In this document: piece by piece, positions 26,784-36,572 of the stretch
Numbering within the stretch: position 1 is the stretch's first letter
Layout: each line of letters starts with the position of its first letter
Assembly: GCA_038245295.1 (NCBI GenBank)
Contig: JBBRSP010000001.1
Location: 32,001 to 96,000, forward strand
Length of the DNA stretch: 64,000 nucleotides
Direction of reading: 5' to 3'
From: Candidatus Binatia bacterium
GTDB taxonomy: Bacteria; Desulfobacterota; Binatia; HRBIN30
The notes under the pieces: model-generated
Databases searched by the model: none
Told to the model about the DNA's origin: nothing
The model's input: the letters and a program-made list of their open reading frames with translations, nothing else
Translations under genes and position numbers: made by a program

Positions 26784-27650
26784 ATGGATCGTCCGCCCCC
26801 TGTCTTCAGCTGGATCCTGCGCGCCGCGGCCGCATGGATCGCTACACTGGCGCTGACGCTGGCGGTGTGGACGCCGGCCGCCGAGCCGTGGCGCGCCCAG
26901 CCGGTCAAGTTGGAACGGGAGCCGGCGTCGGGCACAGTGCTGAACGTTTCCGGTCCGCCGCCCAAGACGTGGTCGCTGAATACCGGGGGCTGGGTCATTC
27001 GGGTCGACGGCGCCGAAGTGGCCATTCCAGCCTTGGCGGATCAGATCGCTGCCATCCCACGCGCCAGCTTTGCGCGCGCCTTGTCACCGTATGACTATCT
27101 GATTGCCCGCCACGCCAAGGCCGAGGGCTTCGATTGGCGCCTGATCACGGCCGTCGCTTTTGAAGAGTCACGCTTTAACCCTACCAGCCTGAGCTCCAAG
27201 GGCGCCTATGGGCTGATGCAAGTCCGGCCGATCGCCGCCGAAGCGGTGGGCGAATCGGAGTTCCATGCCCCAGAGGACAATGTGCGCACCGGTGTTCGTT
27301 ACCTGAGGCAACTCTATTCCAATTACGGCCAAGCGAGCGGCGAAGACCGTCTGCGTCTGGTGCTGGCCGCGTACAACATTGGTCCCGGCCACTTGCGCGA
27401 CGCCCAAAACGTCGCCCGACGCTTCGGCTACGATCCGAATCGGTGGTTCGGTCATATGGAGCTGATGCTGCCTTTGCTCGAACAGCCGCCGGTGTATAGC
27501 GAGCTACCCAACGGCTTTGCCCAGGGCAGTGAGACGGTTGCCTATGTCGACCGTATCCTTCGCCGCTACGCGCGATACCTGGAATCGACCGCCGGCACGC
27601 CGACGCACGACGCCTTTTCGTCCTCGGCCGGCGCATCGGCGAACGGCTAG
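26784..27650 (+). CDS. Lytic transglycosylase (SLT domain, MltF-like catalytic part)
   Basis: DWRLITAVAFEESRF, GAYGLMQ, LAAYNIGPGHLRDA. Confidence 0.88.
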   Translation: MDRPPPVFSWILRAAAAWIATLALTLAVWTPAAEPWRAQPVKLEREPASGTVLNVSGPPPKTWSLNTGGWVIRVDGAEVAIPALADQIAAIPRASFARALSPYDYLIARHAKAEGFDWRLITAVAFEESRFNPTSLSSKGAYGLMQVRPIAAEAVGESEFHAPEDNVRTGVRYLRQLYSNYGQASGEDRLRLVLAAYNIGPGHLRDAQNVARRFGYDPNRWFGHMELMLPLLEQPPVYSELPNGFAQGSETVAYVDRILRRYARYLESTAGTPTHDAFSSSAGASANG

Positions 27651-27737
27651 ACGGGGGCAGCACCGGCGCCTCGGGCGAGATCCGCACCCGCATCTTCCCG
27701 GTTGTCTCTCGGCGCTCGTGTGCTAGCCGATGCAACC

Positions 27738-28436
27738 GTGTTGACTCTTCGACCTGCGGACCAACGTGGTGTGTCCAGGATGTCGTGGCTCGACAGCCGG
27801 CACACGTTTTCTTTCGGTGAGTATTACGACCCAGCGCATCTCGGGTTCCACAGCCTGCGTGTCATCAACGACGACCGTGTCGCCGCCGGCGGTGGCTTTG
27901 CCACCCATGGCCACCGGGACATGGAGATCTTGACGTATGTGCTCGAGGGGGCGCTCGAGCATAAGGACAGTCTGGGCACCGGGTCGATCATCCGTCCAGG
28001 CGAGGCGCAGCGCATGAGCGCCGGGACCGGGATCAACCACAGCGAGTTCAACCAATCCACAACGAGCCCGGTTCATTTCCTGCAGATCTGGATCATTCCG
28101 GCCCAACGCGGCATTGCCCCCGGTTATCAACAGTGTGCCATCGCGACGACCGATGTCGCGGGGCCGCTGCGGCGAGTCGCCGGCCCCGGAGCCGGCACTG
28201 ATTTCGTCACGTTGCACCAGGACGTCGATGTTTTTGCGATTACGCTGGGTGCGGGAGAATCGACGCGATACACGCCGCGTTCTGATCGCTACCAATGGAT
28301 TCAATGTGCGCGCGGCGCCGCGCTCGTCAACCAGCAGGCGCTTGTCGAAGGCGACGGGTTGGCGATCGAAGCCGAGTCGGCGATCGGCATCAGCACTGCC
28401 ACGACGGCTGAGCTGCTGCTATTCGACCTTGCTTGA
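27738..28436 (+). CDS. Pirin family protein (YhhW-like)
   Basis: WLDSRHTFSF, LRVINDD, THGHRDMEI, HKDSLG, HSEFN, FLQIWI. Confidence 0.92.
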   Translation: MLTLRPADQRGVSRMSWLDSRHTFSFGEYYDPAHLGFHSLRVINDDRVAAGGGFATHGHRDMEILTYVLEGALEHKDSLGTGSIIRPGEAQRMSAGTGINHSEFNQSTTSPVHFLQIWIIPAQRGIAPGYQQCAIATTDVAGPLRRVAGPGAGTDFVTLHQDVDVFAITLGAGESTRYTPRSDRYQWIQCARGAALVNQQALVEGDGLAIEAESAIGISTATTAELLLFDLA

Positions 28437-28489
28437 ACCGGTCGTAAGCCGGGCGGAATCGTGACTTTTCAACGCGGGAGATGATGACG

Positions 28490-29821
28490 ATGGCAGGAAA
28501 AGAGACGCTCACAATCACCGACAACCGAACCGGCAAGCAGTATGAGGTCCCGATCGAGCAGGGCACCATCCGCGCCACTGACTTGAAACAGATCAGAACC
28601 GACGACGATGACGGTGGTCTCTACACCTATGACCCCGCCCTCGTGAACACCGCCACCTGCAAGAGCCGCATCACTTATATCGACGGTGACAAAGGCATCC
28701 TGCGCTATCGCGGCTACCCGATCGAAGAGTTGGCTGAAAAGAGCACCTACCTCGAGACCGCCTATCTGATCGTCAAAGGCGAGCTGCCCGACGCCCGGCA
28801 TCTCAGCTTCTGGAAACGCAACATCACCACCCACTCGATGGTGCACGAGAACATCAAGAAGTTCGTCGAAGGCTTCCGCTACGACGCGCATCCGATGGGC
28901 ATCATGGTCGGCACCATCGGCGCCCTGTCGACGTTTTACGCCGATGCCAAGGACATCCTGGGAATGGAGTCTCGCCGCCTGCAGACGCGCCGGCTGATCG
29001 GCAAGATCCCGACCATTGCGGCCTGGGCCTATCGACACAGCCGCGGTTTGCCGTACGTCTATCCGGACAACGACCTCAGCTACACCGGGAACTTCTTGTC
29101 TATGCTCTACAAGATGACCGAGGTCAAATACACGCCGAACCAGACACTCGAGCATGCCCTCGACGTATTGTTCATCTTACACGCCGACCACGAGCAGAAT
29201 TGTTCGACGAACGCGCTGCGCGCCGTCGCCAGCTCACAAGTCGATCCGTATTCCGCCGTCGCAGCCGCTGTGGCCGCCCTCTACGGTCCTCTACACGGTG
29301 GCGCCAACGAAGCGGTAATCCGCATGCTGACGGATATCGGCTCGGTCAGCCGCATTCCGGACTATATCGAGAAGTTCAAGAAGGGCGAAGGCCGCCTGAT
29401 GGGCTTCGGCCACCGCGTCTACAAGAACTACGACCCGCGCGCCACGATCATCAAGCGTATCGCCTACGAAGTCTTCGATGTGACCGGCAAGAACCCGCTG
29501 ATCGACATCGCCCTCGAGCTGGAGCGCATCGCCCTGCAGGACGATTACTTCGTCAAGCGTAAGCTCTACCCCAACGTCGACTTCTACTCGGGCATCATTT
29601 ACCAGGCGATGGGTTTCCCCGTCACCATGTTCCCGGTGCTGTTCGCCATCCCGCGCACCGCCGGCTGGATGGCGCAGTGGGCCGAGTTGGTGCGCGATCC
29701 CGAGCAGAAGATCACACGACCACGGCAGATTTTCATCGGCGAGCCGGCACGCAAGTACGTCGAGCTCAACGAGCGCCCGGCACCGTCGATGCGTGAGGAT
29801 GCCGTGAGCGTGGAGATCTGA
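28490..29821 (+). CDS. gltA: Citrate synthase
   Basis: LHADHEQNCST, GPLHGGANE, MGFGHRVYKNYDPRA, YPNVDFYSG. Confidence 0.97.
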   Translation: MAGKETLTITDNRTGKQYEVPIEQGTIRATDLKQIRTDDDDGGLYTYDPALVNTATCKSRITYIDGDKGILRYRGYPIEELAEKSTYLETAYLIVKGELPDARHLSFWKRNITTHSMVHENIKKFVEGFRYDAHPMGIMVGTIGALSTFYADAKDILGMESRRLQTRRLIGKIPTIAAWAYRHSRGLPYVYPDNDLSYTGNFLSMLYKMTEVKYTPNQTLEHALDVLFILHADHEQNCSTNALRAVASSQVDPYSAVAAAVAALYGPLHGGANEAVIRMLTDIGSVSRIPDYIEKFKKGEGRLMGFGHRVYKNYDPRATIIKRIAYEVFDVTGKNPLIDIALELERIALQDDYFVKRKLYPNVDFYSGIIYQAMGFPVTMFPVLFAIPRTAGWMAQWAELVRDPEQKITRPRQIFIGEPARKYVELNERPAPSMREDAVSVEI

Positions 29822-29868
29822 TGCTGCGCCTACGATCTCACCAATTTACCGATCGGTAGGCGCAAGCT

Positions 29869-30546
29869 TTAGCTTGCGGAGCTCGGGGCACGGAACACAC
29901 CGGCGGTGTGTCGCAGATCCACACGACCATCGGCGATCACTCGACGTAGCTCCTCGAGATCCTCGATCTCGTCAATGTCGAACGAGGGCGGCAGCAATGC
30001 CGCCCTCAGTCCTAAAGCCGCACAACGTGCCAACGTCGCCGTCAACACATGGGGCGTGCTCATTTCGATCCCGCTGAAGACGTCGTGCGGCTCTTTCATC
30101 GCGATGAGGTAATACCCGCCATCGCGGCTCGGCCCCAACACAACGTCGTGATCCGCTAGCTTCTCGTCGGCTTCATCGAGAAGCGTCGACTCGATGTGGG
30201 GTACGTCAGCGCCGATCATGACCACGCGAACGAATCCCTGTTTGTGCAGTGTGGCGAAGACATTGCGCATGCGTGCGCCCAATTCATTCCCCGACTGCGA
30301 CAGATAGAGCCCCGGCTCAACGAACAGCGAGGCGAAGTCGGCATCCGCTGGCGTGTAACACCAGACGAGCTGACGAGATCCACGGCGGAAGCGTGATTCG
30401 AGGTCGCGCAGGAATGCCGCATAGAGGTCGCAGGCGCCTTGCTCGCCCAGCACCTTGGCCAGGCGCGTCTTCACATCGCCAGCGCGCGGATACCGGGCCA
30501 TGACGGCAAGGGCGTTGGGCAGAGTTCCTTTCCGGGCCGTCGTCAT
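29869..30546 (-). CDS. TIGR04282/DUF2064 family nucleotidyl/glycosyltransferase-like protein
   Basis: MARYPRAGDVKTRLA, QSGNELGARM, IGADVP, VVLGPSRDGGYYLI, DIDEIEDL. Confidence 0.85.
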   Translation of the reverse strand: MTTARKGTLPNALAVMARYPRAGDVKTRLAKVLGEQGACDLYAAFLRDLESRFRRGSRQLVWCYTPADADFASLFVEPGLYLSQSGNELGARMRNVFATLHKQGFVRVVMIGADVPHIESTLLDEADEKLADHDVVLGPSRDGGYYLIAMKEPHDVFSGIEMSTPHVLTATLARCAALGLRAALLPPSFDIDEIEDLEELRRVIADGRVDLRHTAGVFRAPSSAS

Positions 30547-32927
30547 GAGCGTTTGCTCCACGTTCGAGTGTGTCGCCCTGGAGGCAGCGCCGCCGTGGTG
30601 CCGTCGGGCAGCACCAATTCTGCCTCGGTCCCCGGTGGCACCGTCACATCGACGTTGCCGTGATTGTCGTCGGCGAGCCGCCACGCAACTTCGATGCGGC
30701 CATTCGGGGAGTCCTGTTGCGTGTGCGCGTTGCCGATGCCACCACCCGGCCGTGGCGCAACGCGAAAACGCCGGTAGCCAGGCGCGAGAATCTGCAGGCC
30801 GGCGACGTAGCGGTGCAGGAAGGAAATCACCGCGCCCTTGCTGTAGTGATTGAGCGATGCGTGGGCGACGCCGGCGGCGTCGATGCCATCCCATTCCTCC
30901 CAAACGGTCGTGGCGCCGCGCTCGATCATGAGCAGCCACGACGGCGCCGTGTTCTGAAACAGCAGCTCGTAGGCGATGTCGAGATGTCCGTTGTCGGCCA
31001 GCACCGGCAACAGGAACGGTGTGGCCAGGAATCCGGTACCGAGATGCGTGCCGGCAGCGCGAATGAGCGCCACGAGGTCGTTTGCGGTCTGTGCTCGCCG
31101 CTCGCGCGGCACCAGATCGAAGGCGAGGGCGCGAACCAGAGTCGCCTGCGTGTGCGGCGTGATGCGGCCGTTGGCGTCGATGAACTCGCGCCGCCACGCA
31201 TCACGCACATTCTCGGCAAGCTTTCCGTAGCGTTCCGCGTCCCCGCCACGCCCAAGTGTTTCGGCCGTCTGCGCCACTTGCAGCGTCGAGCGATAGAAAT
31301 AGGAGGTCGCCAGCGCGCCGTGGTCGCTGGATACGGCGAGGTTGATCGAGTCGGCGAGTGACTGGCCAGGCTCGAGCCATTCGCCCCAATGATATCCGCT
31401 ATCCCAAATGTAACGTTCATGCGGCGCGGGCTCGGCCGAACGCTCAACCCGCGAGTGATGCCGGCCCGTCGCCGCGGCGCGTTCGGCAAAACCCACCCAG
31501 GCGGTCATCGATTCCCATTGGTCGGCGAGAACCTGCTGGTCGCCGGTGGCACGGTAGATCTCCCACGGCACGTGCACCGCGGCGTCGCCCCAGCCAGCCG
31601 ACCCGACCATGCCCTTCCAGTAGGGGGGCTCGCGGTCATCCATCGCATGGGGCTCCGGGACAAGATTCGTCACCGCGCCATTCGCGAACTGCTCGGCCGC
31701 AAGATCGCGAAGCCACTTCCTGGTGAAACCGGTGACATTGTAGAGATACGCCGCCGTCTCGATGTAGATCTGCCAATCCCCCGTCCAACCGGCACGCTCG
31801 CGCGTCGGGCAATCGGTCGGAATGTCGCACGCGTTACCGCGGAAGCTCCACTCGGCGATGCGATGGATGGCGTTGACGCGCGCGTCCGAGCAATCGAAGG
31901 AACCGATGCGGCGGAAATCGGTGTGGACCACGACGCTGGCGATGTCGCCGGCGACCAGTGGTCCGGGGTGCCCGTCGACGCGGACGTATTGGAAGCCCTT
32001 TGTGCTGTGGCGCGGCTCGAAGACATCGCCCTCGACACCGGCGGAGATGACGCTGTCCGTTTGGAAGGTCACAGATCGATCCGCTTCCATAGACGTGCCG
32101 CTGGCGATGTTCTCCTGAGTGACATCGCCGCTGCGATCGAGTGCTTCGCCGTAGGTCAGGGTGAGCGACGTTCCCGCCGGACCGAGATTCCGTAAGCGCA
32201 CCCATCCATGACTATTCTGTCCGAAATCGACGACCCATCGACACGGCGACAACTCGCGGACCGTGACCGCGCGCAGCTCCTCGACACGCCGCACCGGCGG
32301 CGCGAGCGATGCACACAGCTCACGATATCCATAGTCGGCGACGCGCACGGGGCTCCACGAGGAACGATCCGTTCCGGGCTCGGACCAGCCGGGAACACGC
32401 CGCCGCAGATCCTGTACTTCGCCGGCGATGAGATCGGCGCGCCGGATGTGACTGACACACGACCGCCAGTTTGAGTCCGTCGCAACGCGGATCACCTTGC
32501 CCGACTTCAGTGTGACGACAAGCTGCGCCAGGAAGGCCGTTGTCGAGCCGTAGTCGTTGACGCGGCGAGCGACGCTGTTCTGCCCACGCCACCAACCGTC
32601 GCTGAGGATGGCCCCGAGCGCGTTGCGCCCTTCGACGACAAGCTCTGTAACGTCAAAGGTCTGCACCTGGATGCGCTTGCGATAGGAGGTAAACCCGGGA
32701 GTAAGCTCGCAGTCGCCGACACGCTTGCCGTTGATGAATGCTTCGTACACACCGTGCGCGGTGGCGTGCAGGTATGCCGACTGGATCGCCGTCGATACGG
32801 TGAACTCGCCGGCGAGATGATAGGCAGGGCGTTGGCGCTCGGGAACGTCGGTTGGTTCAATCGGCTCGATCCAAGAGCCGACCCACGAATCCGCATTGGG
32901 TATGGACGGGACTGAAGCTGTGGTCAT
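30543..32927 (-). CDS. Alpha-L-rhamnosidase, GH78
   Basis: TAHGVYE, DFGQN, IPTDCPTRERAGWTGD, GTGFLATP, GATTVWE.W, SLNHYSKGAV. Confidence 0.92.
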   Translation of the reverse strand: MTTASVPSIPNADSWVGSWIEPIEPTDVPERQRPAYHLAGEFTVSTAIQSAYLHATAHGVYEAFINGKRVGDCELTPGFTSYRKRIQVQTFDVTELVVEGRNALGAILSDGWWRGQNSVARRVNDYGSTTAFLAQLVVTLKSGKVIRVATDSNWRSCVSHIRRADLIAGEVQDLRRRVPGWSEPGTDRSSWSPVRVADYGYRELCASLAPPVRRVEELRAVTVRELSPCRWVVDFGQNSHGWVRLRNLGPAGTSLTLTYGEALDRSGDVTQENIASGTSMEADRSVTFQTDSVISAGVEGDVFEPRHSTKGFQYVRVDGHPGPLVAGDIASVVVHTDFRRIGSFDCSDARVNAIHRIAEWSFRGNACDIPTDCPTRERAGWTGDWQIYIETAAYLYNVTGFTRKWLRDLAAEQFANGAVTNLVPEPHAMDDREPPYWKGMVGSAGWGDAAVHVPWEIYRATGDQQVLADQWESMTAWVGFAERAAATGRHHSRVERSAEPAPHERYIWDSGYHWGEWLEPGQSLADSINLAVSSDHGALATSYFYRSTLQVAQTAETLGRGGDAERYGKLAENVRDAWRREFIDANGRITPHTQATLVRALAFDLVPRERRAQTANDLVALIRAAGTHLGTGFLATPFLLPVLADNGHLDIAYELLFQNTAPSWLLMIERGATTVWEEWDGIDAAGVAHASLNHYSKGAVISFLHRYVAGLQILAPGYRRFRVAPRPGGGIGNAHTQQDSPNGRIEVAWRLADDNHGNVDVTVPPGTEAELVLPDGTTAALPPGRHTRTWSKRS

Positions 32928-33133
32928 CGTCGTTCTCCCTCAGGCTGGCGAATCACAAGAGCCGGGCCCTGGAGCGAAACGCCACTGTCCGATCAGGAGC
33001 ACGCCGCAAGCTTTCCCCTGCGCACACGGAGCGCAGCCTGACCGTTGATATTAGGTGCAAAGCCGTCCACGCCTGTGCGTGTACTCTCTGCCCAGCGCTT
33101 GCCGGTGACAGACACTCACACGCTCCCACGCGC

Positions 33134-33505
33134 TCAATTGATCGGTACGCCAAACTTGGCGTTCCCGGCGGGGTCATCAAGCTCGAAGAGCCCCCGCAGC
33201 CTGGTCTTACCGCCGGTGATCGTAATCCTGCACCTCGCCGGGATGCCCGGTCCAGGCCCGGCGCCGCAAGTCCCGTCAGCTGCCAGGCCGGGGCATGTAT
33301 TGGTCGCGGTGACGGTCCCAGCGTTGTTGATCAAGTCGACCGTCACACTGGTGATCGGCGAGGTGCTCACGTTGACGGCATTGCAGTACACCGACTCGGA
33401 TCCGAACGCGTAGATATACGACGAGTTCAACGTGCTCGCGATGGCAGACTGCGCCAAGCCAAATGCAACCGCCATGACCGCGATTATCTTTCCAATTTGT
33501 TTCAT
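33134..33505 (-). CDS. Small secreted Cys-containing hypothetical protein
   Basis: GGAG RBS; MKQIGKIIAVMAVAFGLAQSAIA signal peptide. Confidence 0.7.
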   Translation of the reverse strand: MKQIGKIIAVMAVAFGLAQSAIASTLNSSYIYAFGSESVYCNAVNVSTSPITSVTVDLINNAGTVTATNTCPGLAADGTCGAGPGPGIPARCRITITGGKTRLRGLFELDDPAGNAKFGVPIN

Positions 33506-33856
33506 CGAGATACTCCATCTGCGCCGGTCGGGGCGCGACTGCTTGGGCGGGCTGACCCGCATGGGTGCTGTCGCATGCAGAGGGTGGTGCAAGCCGTCGT
33601 GCTCCTGCAGGCGCGCTGAAGACGCTCAAATCCCGCAACCAAAACCGCCGCGAGTCTTAACACGGCCGCCGACCGGAGGCATAGGCGATTCGATGCCCGC
33701 CTGCGAACGACGACGTTCCCCTTACGGTTCACGGGAACCGATGATGCGCCACCAGTCTCGAAAGCCGAATCGTGAGTGCTATCGGGTGTTTCGCTCGAAG
33801 ACGGGCATGGGTATATTCCGGGCCGTTCGGACGAGTTGAGGAAGGGAGAGTCGACC

Positions 33857-34435
33857 ATGAGCAACAACGCATTCGAGTCACGCCGCATCGCCTTTGAGGA
33901 AGAATACTTCGAGAAGAAGGAAGCGGTGCTGGTCGATAAGTTAAAGGCGGTATTCCACAAGAAGATGGATAAAGAGGCGATTCGTCAAGCCACCGGCATC
34001 ACGGATGACGGGGTTCTCGACAACATGGTGGCCCTCAATCTCAGCGGCGAGATGATGTCTGCATTCAAGCTATTGCCGCTCATCGAGGTCGCCTGGGCTG
34101 ATGGTGACGTCGACGAACGGGAAGCGGTTGCCGTCCTGAAAGCAGCCGAGAAGCGCGGCGTGGCGCCCGGCAGCGCCGCGCACTCGATGCTCGAACGCTC
34201 CTTGCGCAACCGCCCGTCGCCGGATTCGCGCAAAGTCTGGTTTCTCTACGCCGACGAGCTCCGCAAGCTCCTCAATCCGAAGGAACTGGAGACCTTCCGC
34301 ACCGATTTGTTGGAGGTCGCACGCTGCATCGCCGCGACGAGTGGCGGCATCTTGAATCTCGCCTTCACCGTATCGCCGAACGAGAAGCGAGTGCTGGAAG
34401 CCGTTGAGCGTGCACTGACCCCGGGGGGAGCTTGA
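33857..34435 (+). CDS. TerB-like hypothetical protein
   Basis: GGGAG RBS; AFESRRIAFEEEYF N-terminus, LPLIEVAWADGDVDERE, VSPNEKRVL. Confidence 0.75.
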   Translation: MSNNAFESRRIAFEEEYFEKKEAVLVDKLKAVFHKKMDKEAIRQATGITDDGVLDNMVALNLSGEMMSAFKLLPLIEVAWADGDVDEREAVAVLKAAEKRGVAPGSAAHSMLERSLRNRPSPDSRKVWFLYADELRKLLNPKELETFRTDLLEVARCIAATSGGILNLAFTVSPNEKRVLEAVERALTPGGA

Positions 34436-34641
34436 GACCGGATGGTAGCGTCTCGATTTGGGATCCACGCCCGCCAGCCGCCCACAGCTCAAACTGAGAC
34501 ACTAACGACCGGATCGCGTCTTTGAATCTGCGGACGAAACCTGGTAGCGCCCCGAGCAACGGCTGATCGGCGGCGTCCGGCCGCTGCTCTTGAGAATTTC
34601 ACGCTGGGCCGAAGGTTGCGTGGGTACAAAAGGGGTTGGCA

Positions 34642-35421
34642 ATGCACAAGGCGCGCGCCGTTCTGCTGGGATTGATCGTACTGGTGGCGGGGACGACGGC
34701 CGCCAACGCCCTCGTGGCGACATTGGCCGCGAGTAAGGACAATTCGATCTTCCAAGAGTTTCCAACCCGCAGTGACGGGGCAGGGCCGGAATTCTACGCG
34801 GGAAACACGGCAGTCGGAAACCAGCGGCGGGCTCTGATCGCCTTCAACACGGCAAGCATCCCGCCCGGTTCCATGATCCTCAGTGTCGACCTGGCCTTGA
34901 CCGTTACGGGCATCCCTCGTTCACCCGCCCCGGCCTCCGAAGTTGTCGAATTGCATCGCTTGCTAGCTGATTGGGGCGAGGCCGGTTCGAGCGGCGATGG
35001 CCAAGGCGACGCCGCCCAGACGGGTGATGCGACGTGGAATGACAGGTTCTTCATGACGGACACATGGGCGACTGCTGGTGGTGACTTCTCGCCGACGGCC
35101 AGCGGCCAGCAGACGATCGGCGGGACGGGCGTCTACCATTGGATTTCGACGCCCGGCATGCGGTCGGACGTCCAGGGATGGGTGAACAATCCGTCGAGCA
35201 ATTTCGGTTGGCTGCTCCTCGGCGACGAGTCGATAAACAAGACGGCGAGAGCCTTCGCGTCGCGGACGCCAGACGAGGCAGGGGATGAGCCCGTGTTGAC
35301 CATCACATTCGTTCCGCCCCCGGGTGCCCCGACGCTCAGCACGGGGGGGATAATCGGACTCGCCATTGCGTTGGCTTTCGTCGGCACGAACAGACTACGC
35401 CACCGGGCTGCGACCGTGTGA
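34642..35421 (+). CDS. Secreted DNRLRE-like domain protein with IPTL-CTERM-like tail
   Basis: SKDNSIFQE, RRALIAF, NFGWLL.GDE, F.SR; ends GAPTLSTGGIIGLAIALAFVGTNRLRHR. Confidence 0.8.
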   Translation: MHKARAVLLGLIVLVAGTTAANALVATLAASKDNSIFQEFPTRSDGAGPEFYAGNTAVGNQRRALIAFNTASIPPGSMILSVDLALTVTGIPRSPAPASEVVELHRLLADWGEAGSSGDGQGDAAQTGDATWNDRFFMTDTWATAGGDFSPTASGQQTIGGTGVYHWISTPGMRSDVQGWVNNPSSNFGWLLLGDESINKTARAFASRTPDEAGDEPVLTITFVPPPGAPTLSTGGIIGLAIALAFVGTNRLRHRAATV

Positions 35422-35794
35422 CAGGCGCCGGCGCCGGGAAACAGGCCGCAGTATGCCGCGCCGAGGCGGGAATGGAGCGATAACGCAGGCCGCATAGAAG
35501 GTGCCCCGCTGCCAAACGCGCTAGGAAGCCCGTAGAGCCCCGATCGGCACCCAGGACGACCCTACCTAGCCACACAAACTCAACGTTTTTCGGCTTTTTC
35601 GCGAGAGGACCCTTGAAAAATAAGGGTTTTCTCTCCTGTCGACGCCTCCTCCGGTCCGAGCTCGGCGAAATCCCTGTTCCGCTCCCGGGGGACGACGTGT
35701 ACCTCCAAGGTTTATCAAGAATCACCAGACCTACCGTCTATGCATTCCGTAGGGTTGCGGACGTACAGGCGTTCCAACTAAGTTCCGGCGCCCA

Positions 35795-36520
35795 GTGTCC
35801 GTACTCATCAACTCACTCATCGCCACCTTCCTCATCAGCCTGATTTCCCTGGTGGCTCTCGTCTTCTGGAAGACGAAGTGGTCGGACAGTCTGGAGACGG
35901 CCTCGCTCAGCTTCGGCGCCGGGGTTCTCCTGGCGACGACCTTTTTGGAACTACTCCCCGAGGCCCTGGCGCGCGGCGGTAACGACGTGTTGTCGGCTTC
36001 GATGGCCGGCATGATCGGCTTCTTTGCGCTCGAAAGGGTGTTGCACGAGAACCATTCCGATGCGGCCATTCACGCCGGACCGTCGCGTTATCTCATTCTG
36101 ATCGGTGATGGTGTTCACAATTTCATCGACGGTGTGGTGATCGCCGCCAGCTTTGTCATCAGCCCAACGCTTGGCCTCACCACGACACTTGCCGTCGCGG
36201 CTCATGAGATCCCGCAAGAGTTCGCCGACTACGGCATCCTGGTGAGTGGTGGCTTCACGCGCCGCGTCGCGCTGCAGCTGAACTTCCTCTCCGGCCTTAC
36301 CGCCATTCTCGGCGCCATCGTCTGCCTGATGTTTCAGGAGACGATCGAGAAAAACCTGGGGTGGTTCATGGCCGCCACAGCCGGGATGTTTCTTTACATC
36401 GCCGCCTCCGACTTGATGCCCGAGCTGCAACATCCGCAACGCCGCGGCTCATGGCTGTCCGGGGCGCCTCTGCTGGTGGGTGTAGCGCTCATCGCGCTCC
36501 TGGAGTTTTTCGTACACTAG
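35795..36520 (+). CDS. ZIP family metal transporter
   Basis: GDGVHNFIDG, AHEIPQEFADY, GMFLYIAASDLMPE. Confidence 0.92.
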   Translation: MSVLINSLIATFLISLISLVALVFWKTKWSDSLETASLSFGAGVLLATTFLELLPEALARGGNDVLSASMAGMIGFFALERVLHENHSDAAIHAGPSRYLILIGDGVHNFIDGVVIAASFVISPTLGLTTTLAVAAHEIPQEFADYGILVSGGFTRRVALQLNFLSGLTAILGAIVCLMFQETIEKNLGWFMAATAGMFLYIAASDLMPELQHPQRRGSWLSGAPLLVGVALIALLEFFVH

Positions 36521-36572
36521 GCTCGTCGCCAGAGCCGTTAAACGCAGCGCGTCGTACCGCCAACCTTCGGTC

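Noticed and set aside
30547..31197. Long N-terminal extension of the DUF2064 ORF
   Set aside because: It overlaps GH78 in another frame; the real start is the ATGA overlap at 30546.
34436..34550. Short direct repeats (GACCGGAT, TGGTAGCG) in an intergenic region
   Set aside because: Only 8-nt matches with irregular spacing, compatible with chance.
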